From Candidatus Moraniibacteriota bacterium (GTDB taxonomy: Bacteria > Patescibacteriota > Minisyncoccia > Moranbacterales > UBA1568): a stretch of DNA of 64,000 bases. The position numbers and the translations under genes are program-made. Below are positions 46,375 to 56,396 of this stretch, piece by piece (position 1 is the stretch's first letter; every line of letters begins with the position of its first letter). Below the pieces are notes generated by a model. It searched no databases and had not been told where the DNA came from. It was given only the letters and a program-made list of their open reading frames with translations. Location: the NCBI GenBank assembly GCA_016699425.1, contig CP064975.1:194979-258978 (forward strand). Reading direction: 5' to 3'.

Positions 46375-48123
46375 ATGCGCATCAAACCCGGACAACTGCA
46401 GGAATTTCTCCTCGACTCGAACTTTATCTCGAAGGAAAAGCTCGAAGCCGCCATTAAAGAATGCGAGGGGGAGGGGAAGGAACTGGCTGCCTGCCTGCTA
46501 GAAAAGCACTATATCGAAGAGCCTGAGCTCCAGAAGGTCTACGCTTATGTGCTCGGCATCCCGTTTGTTGACCTCTCCAAAGAGACGATTCCCTTTGATA
46601 TTCTCTCCATCGTCCCGGAGCCAATCGCAAAAAAGTACAGTATCATCGCGTTCCAGAAATCGGGGACGAATCTGAAGGTCGCAATGCTCAATCCCGAAGA
46701 TATCCAGACGATCGACTTCATCAAGAAGAAAACGGGTTTGAAAATCGTGCCTTGTTTGACTTCTCGCGAGAGTATTCAGACGGTCCTTCGTCAGTATGAG
46801 AAGAGCTTGAAGGCCGAGTTCGGCGATATCCTCACCGATGAGGTCAATCAGAATCAAGAAGAGGAGAAGGACGGCGATCTCGAGAAGATCGCGGCCGGGC
46901 TCCCCATTATCCGCATCGTCGACACTCTTCTGAAGCATGCGATCCTGCAATCTGCCTCGGATATCCATATCGAACCGCTGGAGACCGAAGTTATTGTCCG
47001 CTATCGGATCGATGGTGTCTTGCATGATGCGATGACATTGCCCAAGGACGTCGCGCTCGGTCTTGTTGCTCGGATCAAGGTCCTGTCAAACCTAAAGCTC
47101 GATGAACACCGTCTTCCCCAGGATGGCCGTTTCAAAATCGAGAAGGAGGACTACAAAATCTCGTTCCGGGTGAGTATCCTGCCGATTTTCGACGGAGAAA
47201 AAATCGTGATGCGGCTTCTCGACGAGTCGTCGCATGGCCTCACGCTGGAGAAGATGGGGCTGGTCGGAGAGCCATTGGAAAAGGTGCGTCGGGAAATTGG
47301 GAAGCCGAACGGCATCATCCTCGTCACGGGACCGACTGGATCGGGGAAAACGACGACGCTCTACACGGCGATGGATATCTTGAATACGCCGGACGTCAAT
47401 ATTTCAACCGTTGAGGACCCAGTCGAGTATCGCATGCTCCGGGTCAATCAGACACAGATCAATCCCAAGGTCGGCATGACCTTTGCGGCAGCACTTCGAG
47501 CACTCTTGCGTCAGGATCCGGATATCATCATGGTGGGTGAGATCCGTGATGAAGAGACGCTCGAGATCGCCCTCCATGCGGCCATGACCGGTCACCTGGT
47601 GCTCTCGACGCTCCACACGAACTCAGCAGCTGCAACGCTGCCGCGCATGCTCGATATGGGGGCGGAACCATTTCTCATCGCTTCGACGGTGAACGTCATT
47701 ATCGCTCAGCGGTTGGTGCGCCGGCTCTGCGTCGAGTGCCGCAAGTCCTACACACTCGATGCGAAGGAGATTGAGTCGCTCAGGAAACTCTATACGCTCG
47801 ATGATATCCTGGCCGTTCTCAGACAGAATCCAATGTCAAAGAAATTTGTCGAAAAAGCGAAACAGTGGGAAGATATCGAACTCTACAAGGCAGTAGGTTG
47901 CGAACAGTGCAACAGCGAAGGCTATCGCGGCCGTATCGGGCTATACGAAGTACTCGCGATGGACACCGATATCCGGAAGCTGGTGACCCAGTCCGCGACG
48001 AGTGAGGAAATTGAAAATCAAGCACGGAAGAATGGTATGGAAACGATGGTCGAGGATGGTTTCATCAAAATCGTTCAGGGGATGACTTCGATTGAGGAAG
48101 TAATGCGCGCGACGAAGGAGTAG
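46375..48123 (+). CDS. type II secretion / type IV pilus assembly ATPase (GspE/PilB family)
   Basis: T2SE N-terminal domain, Walker A ILVTGPTGSGKTTTLY, Asp box, His box, C-terminal Zn motif CVECRKSY...CEQCNSEGYRGRIGLYE. TATAAT at 46339-46344 lies inside ORF-track start 46333 (GTG), so ATG 46375 is preferred. Confidence 0.85.
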   Translation: MRIKPGQLQEFLLDSNFISKEKLEAAIKECEGEGKELAACLLEKHYIEEPELQKVYAYVLGIPFVDLSKETIPFDILSIVPEPIAKKYSIIAFQKSGTNLKVAMLNPEDIQTIDFIKKKTGLKIVPCLTSRESIQTVLRQYEKSLKAEFGDILTDEVNQNQEEEKDGDLEKIAAGLPIIRIVDTLLKHAILQSASDIHIEPLETEVIVRYRIDGVLHDAMTLPKDVALGLVARIKVLSNLKLDEHRLPQDGRFKIEKEDYKISFRVSILPIFDGEKIVMRLLDESSHGLTLEKMGLVGEPLEKVRREIGKPNGIILVTGPTGSGKTTTLYTAMDILNTPDVNISTVEDPVEYRMLRVNQTQINPKVGMTFAAALRALLRQDPDIIMVGEIRDEETLEIALHAAMTGHLVLSTLHTNSAAATLPRMLDMGAEPFLIASTVNVIIAQRLVRRLCVECRKSYTLDAKEIESLRKLYTLDDILAVLRQNPMSKKFVEKAKQWEDIELYKAVGCEQCNSEGYRGRIGLYEVLAMDTDIRKLVTQSATSEEIENQARKNGMETMVEDGFIKIVQGMTSIEEVMRATKE

Positions 48124-48124
48124 C

Positions 48125-49624
48125 CTATTTGGCGAAGAGGCCGTCGTCTCGGAGTGCGCGGCGAATATGGGCCTTGGCAGTTGATGTCTTCACGAAATCC
48201 AGCCAGTCCCGGCTGGGTTTTTTCTTATTCTTTTCCGTGAGGATTTCGATCACCTGGCCATTGATGATCGGCTGGTCGAGGGGGATGATCTTGCTATCGG
48301 CCTTGGCACCGGTCGCCCGGTCGCCAATCTCACTGTGGATGGCGTAGGCGAAATCGATCGGTGTGGCATCTTCGGGGAGCTCGATGATATCGCCCTTTGG
48401 CGTGAATGCAAAGATATGATTCTTGAAGAAATCAATCTTTAGGCCGCGAAGAAACTCTTCATCGTCTCGGCCGATTTCTTTCTGCCATTCCTGGAGTTGG
48501 CGGACCCATTCGAGCCCGCGGGGTTCCTTGTCAATGATCTCCTTCTTCCGGGTGAAGAGATTCTTCCAGCTGCGTCGGTCGCGTTCGGTATAGATCCAGT
48601 GCGCAGCGATGCCGAACTCTGCTTCCGTGTGCATCTTTTCGGTCCGGATCTGTATTTCGAGGATACGGCCCTGCGGACCGAAGACAGTTGTATGGAGCGA
48701 TTGGTAGCCGTTCGGTTTAGGGAGTGAGATATAGTCCTTGATCCGGCCGACCATCGGGCGGTATTCCCGGTGGATGATGCCGAGTGCTTCGTAGCAATCA
48801 GCGATTTCAGGCACGATGATCCGGATAGCGATGAGGTCATAGATCCGGGTCACATCCATGTCGTGGCGCTCGAGTTTCTTGAAAAGCCGGTACAGGTACT
48901 TCATCCGGCCGCTGATATCGACCACTTTGATCTTCTCTTTTTCGAGCAGACGTCGGAAATGGATGACGGCATCGTCCATGTAAGTTTTTCCCTGATGGAG
49001 ATAGGTCTCTGCGATTTCTTTGGTGATGGCATAGTGCTCGGGGTCTAGGTATTGGAAACAGAGGTCTTCGAGTTCCCCCTTGATCTCACCGATGCCGAGC
49101 CGATTGGCGATCGGCCCGTATATCTCCATCGTTTCGCGGGCGATGCGCTCCTGCTTGGCAACGGGGACGAACTCGAGCGTGCGCATATTGTGGAGCCGGT
49201 CAGCGAGCTTGATGATGACGACTCGGATATCCCTGGCCATGGCGAGGAACATCTTCCGCAGGTTCTCGAGAAAGTATTCCTCATGTGAGCCGCGAAGCCG
49301 AATTTTCCCTAGCTTCGTGACGCCGTCGACGAGGTAGGCGACCTCTTCACCGAAACGAGACTCAATCTCGGAAAGTGGGACGGGAGTGTCTTCGGGTACA
49401 TCGTGTAGAATGCCCGCTGCGAGTGTCGTTGGGTCCATACCAATCTCAGCAAGGATCTTCGCGACTTGGAGTGTATGGGTGATATACGGTTTGCCTGATC
49501 GGCGGAGCTGGCCCGCATGGGCTTTTTCGGCGAAAACATAAGCATCACGAACCAGCTTTTCCTGATCGTTTTTGAGCGGGAAACGGCAGGCTCGGACGAC
49601 ATCATCAATAGTGATAGGGGTCAT
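48125..49624 (-). CDS. rel: (p)ppGpp synthetase/hydrolase Rel/SpoT homologue (HD hydrolase + synthetase + TGS, no ACT domain)
   Basis: HD motif HTLQVAKILAEIGMDPTTLAAGILHDVPEDT. Synthetase motif RIKDYISLPKPNGYQSLHTTVFGPQGRILEIQIRT. C-terminal TGS-like KADSKIIPLDQPIINGQVIEI. Confidence 0.88.
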   Translation of the reverse strand: MTPITIDDVVRACRFPLKNDQEKLVRDAYVFAEKAHAGQLRRSGKPYITHTLQVAKILAEIGMDPTTLAAGILHDVPEDTPVPLSEIESRFGEEVAYLVDGVTKLGKIRLRGSHEEYFLENLRKMFLAMARDIRVVIIKLADRLHNMRTLEFVPVAKQERIARETMEIYGPIANRLGIGEIKGELEDLCFQYLDPEHYAITKEIAETYLHQGKTYMDDAVIHFRRLLEKEKIKVVDISGRMKYLYRLFKKLERHDMDVTRIYDLIAIRIIVPEIADCYEALGIIHREYRPMVGRIKDYISLPKPNGYQSLHTTVFGPQGRILEIQIRTEKMHTEAEFGIAAHWIYTERDRRSWKNLFTRKKEIIDKEPRGLEWVRQLQEWQKEIGRDDEEFLRGLKIDFFKNHIFAFTPKGDIIELPEDATPIDFAYAIHSEIGDRATGAKADSKIIPLDQPIINGQVIEILTEKNKKKPSRDWLDFVKTSTAKAHIRRALRDDGLFAK

Positions 49625-49725
49625 ATGATTGGCACATCGGAAAGGCGAGGCAAACGCTTAATACGACTCAACGTGGTCATTTTGTCACGATTGGGCCTAG
49701 TCTTCAAGCGCAAGGTTGACGGGTA

Positions 49726-49754
49726 TTGACAACAGCAACTAAGTTGCTATTATT
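49726..49754 (+). promoter_or_regulatory. promoter TTGACA-17-TATTAT with embedded perfect 15-bp palindrome AGCAACTAAGTTGCT (candidate Fur/Zur-type operator); transcript probably leaderless
   Basis: TTGACA 49726-49731. Palindrome 49734-49748 fills the spacer. TATTAT 49749-49754. ATG of the Fur-family gene at 49762 lies ~7 nt after the -10. Confidence 0.5.
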
Positions 49755-49761
49755 ATAGCGT

Positions 49762-50193
49762 ATGCTCGATACTTGTTCAGAAAAACTCGCTGCCCGATCA
49801 TTGCGTCAAACCGACACGCGTCTGGTGCTTCTGGATATCCTCCACAAAGCGACCGGACCACTTGCCCCGCCCGAAATCGTGTCGCTGTGTCACAAGGCGG
49901 GGAGGAAGGCAAACAAGACAACCGTGTATCGCGACCTCGCCACGATGGAGGCGTCGGGTATCGTCCGGAAAGTGATCGTGAGTGACCGCAAGCAGTACTT
50001 TGAGCTGACGGAGCGCGGGCACCATCATCACCTGATCTGTATGGCCTGTGAACGAATTCAAGATATCGATTTGGAGGAAGGGGTTGTGCTCAAGAGAGCG
50101 GCCGAGATCAGTCAGAAAGTGGGTTTTGCTATTTCTTCCCATGCCGTCGAATTTTATGGACACTGTGCGAGTTGTCTTGCTGTGACCGCATAA
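49762..50193 (+). CDS. Fur-family metalloregulator (Zur-like by context)
   Basis: Winged-helix N-terminus RLVLLDILHKATGPLAPPEIV. Metal-site HHHHLICMACERIQD...HAVEFYGHCASC. Followed by a metal ABC transporter. Confidence 0.75.
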   Translation: MLDTCSEKLAARSLRQTDTRLVLLDILHKATGPLAPPEIVSLCHKAGRKANKTTVYRDLATMEASGIVRKVIVSDRKQYFELTERGHHHHLICMACERIQDIDLEEGVVLKRAAEISQKVGFAISSHAVEFYGHCASCLAVTA

Positions 50194-50205
50194 GTACACA
50201 CCTGT

Positions 50206-50973
50206 ATGACTGAAGCAAAATCGATCATCAAGGCCTCACACCTGTCGTTTTCGTATCGGACGGAACAGCCGATTTTGGACGATCTCTCGCTTTCAGTGGT
50301 GGCGGGGGATTATATCGGCCTTATCGGACCGAATGGTTCCGGCAAGAGTACCCTTCTCAAGCTCTTGCTCGGACTCATCCCTATACAACACGGTACGATC
50401 ACGCTCTTTGGCCAGCCAGTTCGGGCCTTTCGCGACTGGTCGAAGATCGGCTACGTGCCGCAGGTGGGGTTCCAGGGCGAATCGAACTTTCCCGCGACCG
50501 TGGCCGAGGTTGTTACGGCGGGTTCATTGTCGAAATCATTTTTCCTGAGCCGGAAAGATCGCCAAGCCTTGCGTGAGCGCGTCGATACGGTCGCCGATAT
50601 CGTTGGCATCCGTCATTTGCTCCAGCGTCGTATCGGAGAGCTTTCGGGCGGGGAGGAACAACGGGCTTTCATCGCTCAGGCACTTGTGTCCGATCCAGCA
50701 CTGCTCGTGCTCGATGAGCCGACTGCAGGTGTTGATTTGGCTACTGAAGAATCCTTTTATGCCTTGCTGCGTGATTTAAACGAAAAACATGGCAAGACAA
50801 TCCTCCTCGTCTCACATGATCTCGAGGCGCTTGCCCACAATACGAAAACAGCACTCTGCCTAAACAAAACCGTCGTGTATTTCGGTCCTGCCGAAGGCCT
50901 CCATAAGCGTCGCGTGATTGAAGCTGCCTTCGGTTCGCGGGCGTGGCATCCATCAGAAGACTCAACCCTATGA
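50206..50973 (+). CDS. metal (zinc/manganese-type) ABC transporter ATP-binding protein
   Basis: LIGPNGSGKSTLLKLLLGL, LSGGEEQRAFIAQAL, LVLDEPTAGVD. Confidence 0.8.
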   Translation: MTEAKSIIKASHLSFSYRTEQPILDDLSLSVVAGDYIGLIGPNGSGKSTLLKLLLGLIPIQHGTITLFGQPVRAFRDWSKIGYVPQVGFQGESNFPATVAEVVTAGSLSKSFFLSRKDRQALRERVDTVADIVGIRHLLQRRIGELSGGEEQRAFIAQALVSDPALLVLDEPTAGVDLATEESFYALLRDLNEKHGKTILLVSHDLEALAHNTKTALCLNKTVVYFGPAEGLHKRRVIEAAFGSRAWHPSEDSTL

Positions 50974-51779
50974 ATCCTGATATCCTCACTGCTCAATCCG
51001 TTTGGCCCATCTTGGGGACGGCTCTCCTGCTTGGATGGATTTCACCGATGATCGGCATTGTGCTTGTGATGCGGCGGTTCTCGCTTTTGGCCGATACACT
51101 GGCACATGTTTCCCTCTTCGGGGTCGCGGTCAGTTCCTGGTTTAGTCTTCCGATGGCCGTCGGAGCCTTTGCGAGCGCTGTGCTCGGGGGCGGTGGCATC
51201 GAGCTATTCCGCCGTTCGCGACGAGTGCTCTCAGAGGCGACCCTGGCGATATTCCTCTCGGGGAGTCTGGCGCTTGCCGTCATGCTGTTTGCCTTGCGTG
51301 GGGTCGAGGCAGAGGAGATAGAGGCGTACCTCTTCGGTAATCTCGCTTGGGTGAACATTCAGGATTTCTTCCTGGTCTTCGGTATTGCGAGCGTTGTGAC
51401 GTTATTTTTTGGCGCTTTCTATCGACAACTTTTTCTCGCCACGCTCGACGAAGATCTCGCGCGAGTGAATGGTGTTTCGGTTGATCGGTTGAATCTCGTC
51501 TTCATGCTCCTGGCATCGACGGTTGTAGCTGCGGCGATCAAAGTCGTCGGGGTTCTGCTCGTTAGCTCCCTGGTCGTGCTCCCAGTTATGGCGGCGCTCC
51601 AGTGGAGACTGGGTTTCAAGAAAACACTCTTGCTCAGTCTTATCCTCGCTGAGGGTTCGGCCAGCCTGGGGTTCTCGTTAGCGTTTATCGGCGGTCTGCC
51701 AAGTGGGGCGTCGATCGCGCTGGTGACGCTTATCGTTTTCGCTCTTTCCTATCTAGCCAATAGCCGAAAGACGGCTTAA
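50970..51779 (+). CDS. metal ABC transporter permease (ABC-3/ZnuB-like)
   Basis: ATGA overlap with the upstream stop. Multi-TM MNPDILTAQSVWPILGTALLLGW... typical of ABC-3 permeases. Confidence 0.75.
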   Translation: MNPDILTAQSVWPILGTALLLGWISPMIGIVLVMRRFSLLADTLAHVSLFGVAVSSWFSLPMAVGAFASAVLGGGGIELFRRSRRVLSEATLAIFLSGSLALAVMLFALRGVEAEEIEAYLFGNLAWVNIQDFFLVFGIASVVTLFFGAFYRQLFLATLDEDLARVNGVSVDRLNLVFMLLASTVVAAAIKVVGVLLVSSLVVLPVMAALQWRLGFKKTLLLSLILAEGSASLGFSLAFIGGLPSGASIALVTLIVFALSYLANSRKTA

Positions 51780-51954
51780 GCAAAGGAGTATAACTACTGT
51801 TTCTTCAGAAAAGCAGAAAGCTACAGTTTCTTGTTCTCGAGCTTGTGGGGATTATGATTGGGGCAGGTCTTATCGCTGCAGCGCTCAGGGATTGTTTTCG
51901 TACCTTCCTCGCCCGAAACGCTCCGAGAGCGAAGCATATCGGTGCGGGCGGGCA

Positions 51955-54144
51955 TCATGAGGACTTCTCTATTTTGTCGGGGCGATGATTAGGACACTCT
52001 TTCTTGCTGCAGCGTTCCGGGATGGTTTTGGTCCCTTCCATCATCAATGATTGACACAAGGGGCACAGGGTACCCGTCGGCTTGGCCTTGATCGCGTGCT
52101 TGCAATCGGGGTAGTTAGAACAACTGTAGAAAATGCCGAAGCGGCCGCGACGTTCGGCCATCTCGCCCTTCTCACAGACGGGACACTTCACACCAGTGGT
52201 TGGCAGATTCGCCGGATCATCTTTCTTCACGTATTTGCATTTCGGGTAGTTGTTGCAGGCGATGAATTTTCCGAAGCGGCCTTCGCGTTCAACGAGCTCA
52301 CCTTTTTCGCAGGAGGGACATTTTTCCCCCGTCGCTTTCGGTCCTTCGACCACTTTTCCTTCGAGTGTGAACGCACCGGTACACTCCGGGAAACGGCTAC
52401 AGCTGTAGAATTTTCCGCTTCGCCCCAGCTTGATGATCATATCACTCCCACATATTGGGCAGCGCATCTCGGCGGGTGCCGCGCCGAGATTGGACATCTT
52501 TTCAAGCTTGTCCTTGCTCTTCACGGCCTTGGAGAACGGGCCATAGAAGTCTTTTAGGGTCTTTGCGTATTCCCGGGTCCCGAGGGCAATCTCGTCGAGC
52601 TGATCCTCCATATCCGCTGTGAATGCATCCGAGAGGATTTCGGAAAAGTGGAGGGAGAGAAAATCATCGACGACTTCACCTGTTTCGGTCGGGATGAGGG
52701 TGCGGCCCTCTTTCTCGACATAGCCGCGGGCTTGAATAGTCTGGATGATCGACGCATAGGTCGACGGTCGGCCGATGCCGCGCTTCTCGAGCTCTTTCAC
52801 GAGCCCCGCTTCGGTGTAGCGCTTGGGTGGCTCAGTCCATTTCTCTTCGCTCGTCATTGATTGTAGTGTGAGCGTTTCACCAGCTGTTACTTTGGGGAGC
52901 TCGGTGTCTTCGCCGCGCGCCGCGGTGTCTTCGGCGAGCCAACCAGGGAAAACGACGATGGATCCTGTCATCGCAAAGACTGGTACCTGGGGGTCGCTCG
53001 CCCGTGCCGTGATCTTCGTCCGGAGGATCTCGGCATCGGCCATCTGCGAAGCAATCGTGCGGCTCCGGATCAGGGAATAGAGATGCTTTTCTTCCTCATT
53101 TTTTCCATACATCTTGGCGTCGATATGCGTTGGGCGGATCGCTTCATGAGCCTCTTGTGCGTTTTTGGAGCGCGTCTTGAAAACACGTGGCATGACGGAT
53201 TGTTTGCCATATGTTTTCTCGATGAGTGTGAGGATGGCGGTGACAGCGTCCTTGTTCAGATTCGTCGAGTCGGTGCGCATGTAGGTGATATGCCCCGCCT
53301 CATACAGCTTCTGAGCGACCTTCATGGTACGGCTTGGGGCAAAACCGAGGCGCGAGCTTGCAGCCTGCTGTAGAGTCGAGGTGGTAAAGGGGGCGTAGGG
53401 ACTTCGTTTGGCCGGGGTTTCCTTTACATCTTCGACGGTCCAAGTCGCTTGTTTCCCCTGTGTGATGATTCTGACGGCTTCCTCTTGAGCGGAGGCTTCA
53501 TCGGCTTTGGGTCGCGGCTCGGTGGTATGTGTGAGGGTGAGGGATTGGCCGAGCGGATTGGTGAACTGTCCGGTGAACTGGAAGAAAATCTCGGGGATGA
53601 AGGCGCGGATCTCTTTCTCGCGAAGGGTGAGGATGTGCAGCGCCGGTGACTGGACGCGTCCAGCTGACAGGCCATAGCGGAGCTTCTTCCAGATAAGGCC
53701 GGAGAGGTCATAGCCGACGAGACGGTCGAGAACACGGCGTGCCTCTTGAGCTCGGCGGAGATTTTCGTCGAGCGGGCGGGGATGGGCGATAGCTTCCTTT
53801 ACCGCGGCCGGCGTGATTTCATAAAACAGCACGCGGGCTGGTTTCTTAATCCCACACGTCTGGGCGACATGCCACGCGATGGCTTCACCTTCGCGGTCGG
53901 GGTCGGTGGCGAGGAGGACAGTTGAGCTTTTCTTGGCCAGTTTTTTAATCGACTCGACGACGTGTTCTTTGCCGGGTGAGATGACATACTGGGGGACAAA
54001 CCCCGCCTTGATATCGATGGCTGATTTGTTGCTTTTGGGGAGGTCGCGGACATGACCAACCGAAGCGACGACCTTATATTCGCCGTCGAGATATTTTTCA
54101 ATCGTCTTCGCTTTGGAAGGGGATTCGACGATGAGGAGTTTCAT
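51955..54144 (-). CDS. topA: DNA topoisomerase I with C-terminal zinc-ribbon repeats
   Basis: MKLLIVESPSKAKTIEKYL, Toprim, active-site region HITYMRTDST, three C4 zinc ribbons (CPICGSDMIIKL...CSRFPEC; CPSCEKGELVEREG...CNNYPKC; CPVCEKGEMAERRG...CSNYPDC). Confidence 0.93.
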   Translation of the reverse strand: MKLLIVESPSKAKTIEKYLDGEYKVVASVGHVRDLPKSNKSAIDIKAGFVPQYVISPGKEHVVESIKKLAKKSSTVLLATDPDREGEAIAWHVAQTCGIKKPARVLFYEITPAAVKEAIAHPRPLDENLRRAQEARRVLDRLVGYDLSGLIWKKLRYGLSAGRVQSPALHILTLREKEIRAFIPEIFFQFTGQFTNPLGQSLTLTHTTEPRPKADEASAQEEAVRIITQGKQATWTVEDVKETPAKRSPYAPFTTSTLQQAASSRLGFAPSRTMKVAQKLYEAGHITYMRTDSTNLNKDAVTAILTLIEKTYGKQSVMPRVFKTRSKNAQEAHEAIRPTHIDAKMYGKNEEEKHLYSLIRSRTIASQMADAEILRTKITARASDPQVPVFAMTGSIVVFPGWLAEDTAARGEDTELPKVTAGETLTLQSMTSEEKWTEPPKRYTEAGLVKELEKRGIGRPSTYASIIQTIQARGYVEKEGRTLIPTETGEVVDDFLSLHFSEILSDAFTADMEDQLDEIALGTREYAKTLKDFYGPFSKAVKSKDKLEKMSNLGAAPAEMRCPICGSDMIIKLGRSGKFYSCSRFPECTGAFTLEGKVVEGPKATGEKCPSCEKGELVEREGRFGKFIACNNYPKCKYVKKDDPANLPTTGVKCPVCEKGEMAERRGRFGIFYSCSNYPDCKHAIKAKPTGTLCPLCQSLMMEGTKTIPERCSKKECPNHRPDKIEKSS

Positions 54145-54233
54145 AAAATAACTAACAACTCACAACTTACAACCGACGACTGAGCCAGATGGTGTTTCAT
54201 TTTCATGGTAAGTAGTTGGTAGCAGGTTGTGGG

Positions 54234-55322
54234 TTACAGACGGATGTAATGCATGTTCCCGATATTTTTGGCAAGGCCGCGAAGCTCAAGTCTGGTCAGG
54301 GCCATATTCACGCGCGTTGCCTCTAGTCTAACGAGCACGGTGAGGTTGTCAATGTGAACACCCTCATGTGTGAGTCGTCCGTAGATATCCGCTTCGTCTG
54401 GATCGAGGTCCCCAGGTGTTGCGGTGTCAGTAGCCGATGCGGTACGTTGGCCGACAGGGACGAGCTCTTCAAGGATGTCCTGGATGCCCGTGACGAGCCG
54501 GGCTCCGTCTTTCAGGAGTCGATGCGTGCCGGTTGAAGCGGGTGAAAAGATCGAACCGGGGACAGCGAAGACTTCGCGGTCATAGTCGAGGGCGAGCCGG
54601 GCGGTGATGAGGCTGCCGGATTCTTCGGCGGCTTCGACGACGACGATGCCTTGGCACATCCCAGCCATGATGCGGTTTCGAGCGGGGAAAGTGCCGACGC
54701 TGGCATTTGTCCCTGGCGCGAGTTCGGAGAGGAGAGTGCCGCGCTCCATGACCGCCTGAGCCAATCGCAGATGTGACTGGGGCGAGATGCTCTGGTCATC
54801 GATACCACTGCCGAGGACAGCGAGGGTACAGCCATCGGCCTCCAAGGTCGCTTCATGAGCGATGGAGTCGATCCCGAAGGCCAGACCGGACACGATCACA
54901 TACCCGGCCTGTGAGAGGGCACGAGCGAGTTCGGTGGCGACTTGTTTGCCATAGGCGGTGAATTTCCGCGAGCCGACGATGGCGAGGAGCGGTTGCTCGT
55001 TCCAGGCACGGAAGTTTCCCCTGACATACAAGAGTGCCGGGGCATCTGGGATTTCGGCGAGGAGAGCGGGGAAACGGGGGTCGGTAAAGGGGATGACCTC
55101 GATGTGATTGTGCTCGAGGCTGTCTGTCTCGGTCTCGGGTGCCAGTGTGCTTCGCTTAGGCGCTAGAGCGGCGAGTCGGGGCTGGCCGAGCGCTGCCCAG
55201 GCCGGATCAGGTGCTTCCCAGGCTACCTGAGCCGATCCAAAAGCACCCACCAGAAAGCGGAGCGTCTTGGCGCCCACACCCGGGAGGCGGTTCAAGAGAT
55301 GGAAAGCGAGGGATTCATTCAT
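54234..55322 (-). CDS. dprA: DNA processing protein DprA (Smf)
   Basis: SAM-like N-terminus LLNRLPGVGAKTL. Rossmann core LAIVGSRKFTAYGKQVATELARALSQAGYVIVSGLAFGIDSIAHEATLEA. Confidence 0.85.
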   Translation of the reverse strand: MNESLAFHLLNRLPGVGAKTLRFLVGAFGSAQVAWEAPDPAWAALGQPRLAALAPKRSTLAPETETDSLEHNHIEVIPFTDPRFPALLAEIPDAPALLYVRGNFRAWNEQPLLAIVGSRKFTAYGKQVATELARALSQAGYVIVSGLAFGIDSIAHEATLEADGCTLAVLGSGIDDQSISPQSHLRLAQAVMERGTLLSELAPGTNASVGTFPARNRIMAGMCQGIVVVEAAEESGSLITARLALDYDREVFAVPGSIFSPASTGTHRLLKDGARLVTGIQDILEELVPVGQRTASATDTATPGDLDPDEADIYGRLTHEGVHIDNLTVLVRLEATRVNMALTRLELRGLAKNIGNMHYIRL

Positions 55323-55457
55323 ATTATATAGAGAACTATTCTAGGCGAAGGTTAGTTTTTGGGCAAATATTAGCGATGTATTAATGTTCGAAGCGAAGTT
55401 TAGCTAAAGCATCTGGTGAATCCTGAGTAGTGTATTTTGGGAATGCGGAATGTATGT

Positions 55458-55500
55458 AAAAAAGTTCAAGGGGCAGCTAGACATTTGCCTTGCTGCCCCT
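55458..55500 (-). terminator. rho-independent terminator (minus strand) downstream of CDS 55505..56230
   Basis: Minus-strand AAGGGGCAGC...GCTGCCCCTT hairpin followed by GAACTTTTTT. Confidence 0.55.
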
Positions 55501-55504
55501 GAAT

Positions 55505-56230
55505 TCAGATCCGATCGGTGTCGATGGAAAAGACGAAGACATCTCCTGGCAGGATCGTATTGGGTTCTCGTCCCAGTCGGGTCCAGAGGTACTCGGCCTC
55601 GGCAATGCCTTTGAAGCCAAGGTTGGCGTCCTGTGACACTAGTCCAACTAGTCTGGGCTTCTCTCCCTCAACACCTGTCGCGAAGCTAGTCCGGTTATCG
55701 TGGTTGCCTACTACAAACGTCCAGACGATCGGCGTCGGTGCCAACTCAAGCAGAGACTTACGCCTGTAAAAAGAACGATCATCTGTCTTCTCGGTTTCTA
55801 GCAGGAGGTTGCAGGCTGCTTCCCAGCTCGTTGCCTTACATCCTTCCATGAGGCCAATGTGGGCGATCGCGCTCGCCAGCGTAGCGTGCTTCACGGCCCG
55901 CGTTCGATCAAAGTCCATGGCACGGACGGGCAGCATGCGGAAGCACTCCTTCAATCCAGAGCATTGCTTAGGACCGCTTTTTCGTAAGAGCCCATCTGCC
56001 TTTCCTCCGACGGGTGATACGCTGAAGCCTGCATGAGAGAATTGCTCTAATAGGTTGCGAATGTTGCCTGCATTGCCAATCTCGAGCATGTAGAACTCTG
56101 TACTCGTACCGAGAAGAAAGCGTTTGATTGCCTGGAGCCACAGCCTTCCCCGGTGGCCGGCGAGTCGTTCGAAGAGGTCTTTGAGGAAACCGTGAGAATC
56201 CTCGTGCGTCAACTTTAACCGATCATCCAT
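55505..56230 (-). CDS. hypothetical protein
   Basis: AGGAAAGG RBS before internal Met MDDRLKLTHE (ORF-track 55505..56263). A GNHD tetrad is present, but the spacing does not fit metallophosphoesterase motifs. No confident domain call. Confidence 0.5.
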   Translation of the reverse strand: MDDRLKLTHEDSHGFLKDLFERLAGHRGRLWLQAIKRFLLGTSTEFYMLEIGNAGNIRNLLEQFSHAGFSVSPVGGKADGLLRKSGPKQCSGLKECFRMLPVRAMDFDRTRAVKHATLASAIAHIGLMEGCKATSWEAACNLLLETEKTDDRSFYRRKSLLELAPTPIVWTFVVGNHDNRTSFATGVEGEKPRLVGLVSQDANLGFKGIAEAEYLWTRLGREPNTILPGDVFVFSIDTDRI

Positions 56231-56396
56231 GATGTCAGCCTTTCCTGTAAGGAACATCCACAATCATCCCCATGACGAAAGTGGCACAGACATGTAAGCA
56301 TAAGTTGACTACTTCTGCAAGTATCGGTGATAGTAGGTTATGGGCCCGGGACTCTCGCATGAGACTCGGGCCCAAATTATTTTGTATACTGAAACT

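Noticed and set aside
51955-54144. Antisense ORFs within topA, and similar shadows within other long genes (52051..52557+, 53083..53373+, 16285..16962-, 17813..18709-, 44451..46454-, 40854..42376-)
   Set aside because: Each overlaps a gene with unambiguous conserved motifs on the opposite strand and lacks start context. The 667-aa 44451..46454(-) ORF is antisense to groEL.
55505-56263. Metallophosphoesterase assignment for the 252-aa minus-strand protein
   Set aside because: A GNHD tetrad is present, but the order and spacing of the other calcineurin-like motifs (D.H, GD..DRG, GH.H) do not fit. Left as hypothetical.
56342-56373. Perfect GC-rich palindrome GGGCCCG…CGGGCCC upstream of the EVE-domain gene
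   Set aside because: Could be an operator or attenuator. It has an 18-nt loop and only a weakly T-rich 3' side. Insufficient evidence to call a terminator or binding site.
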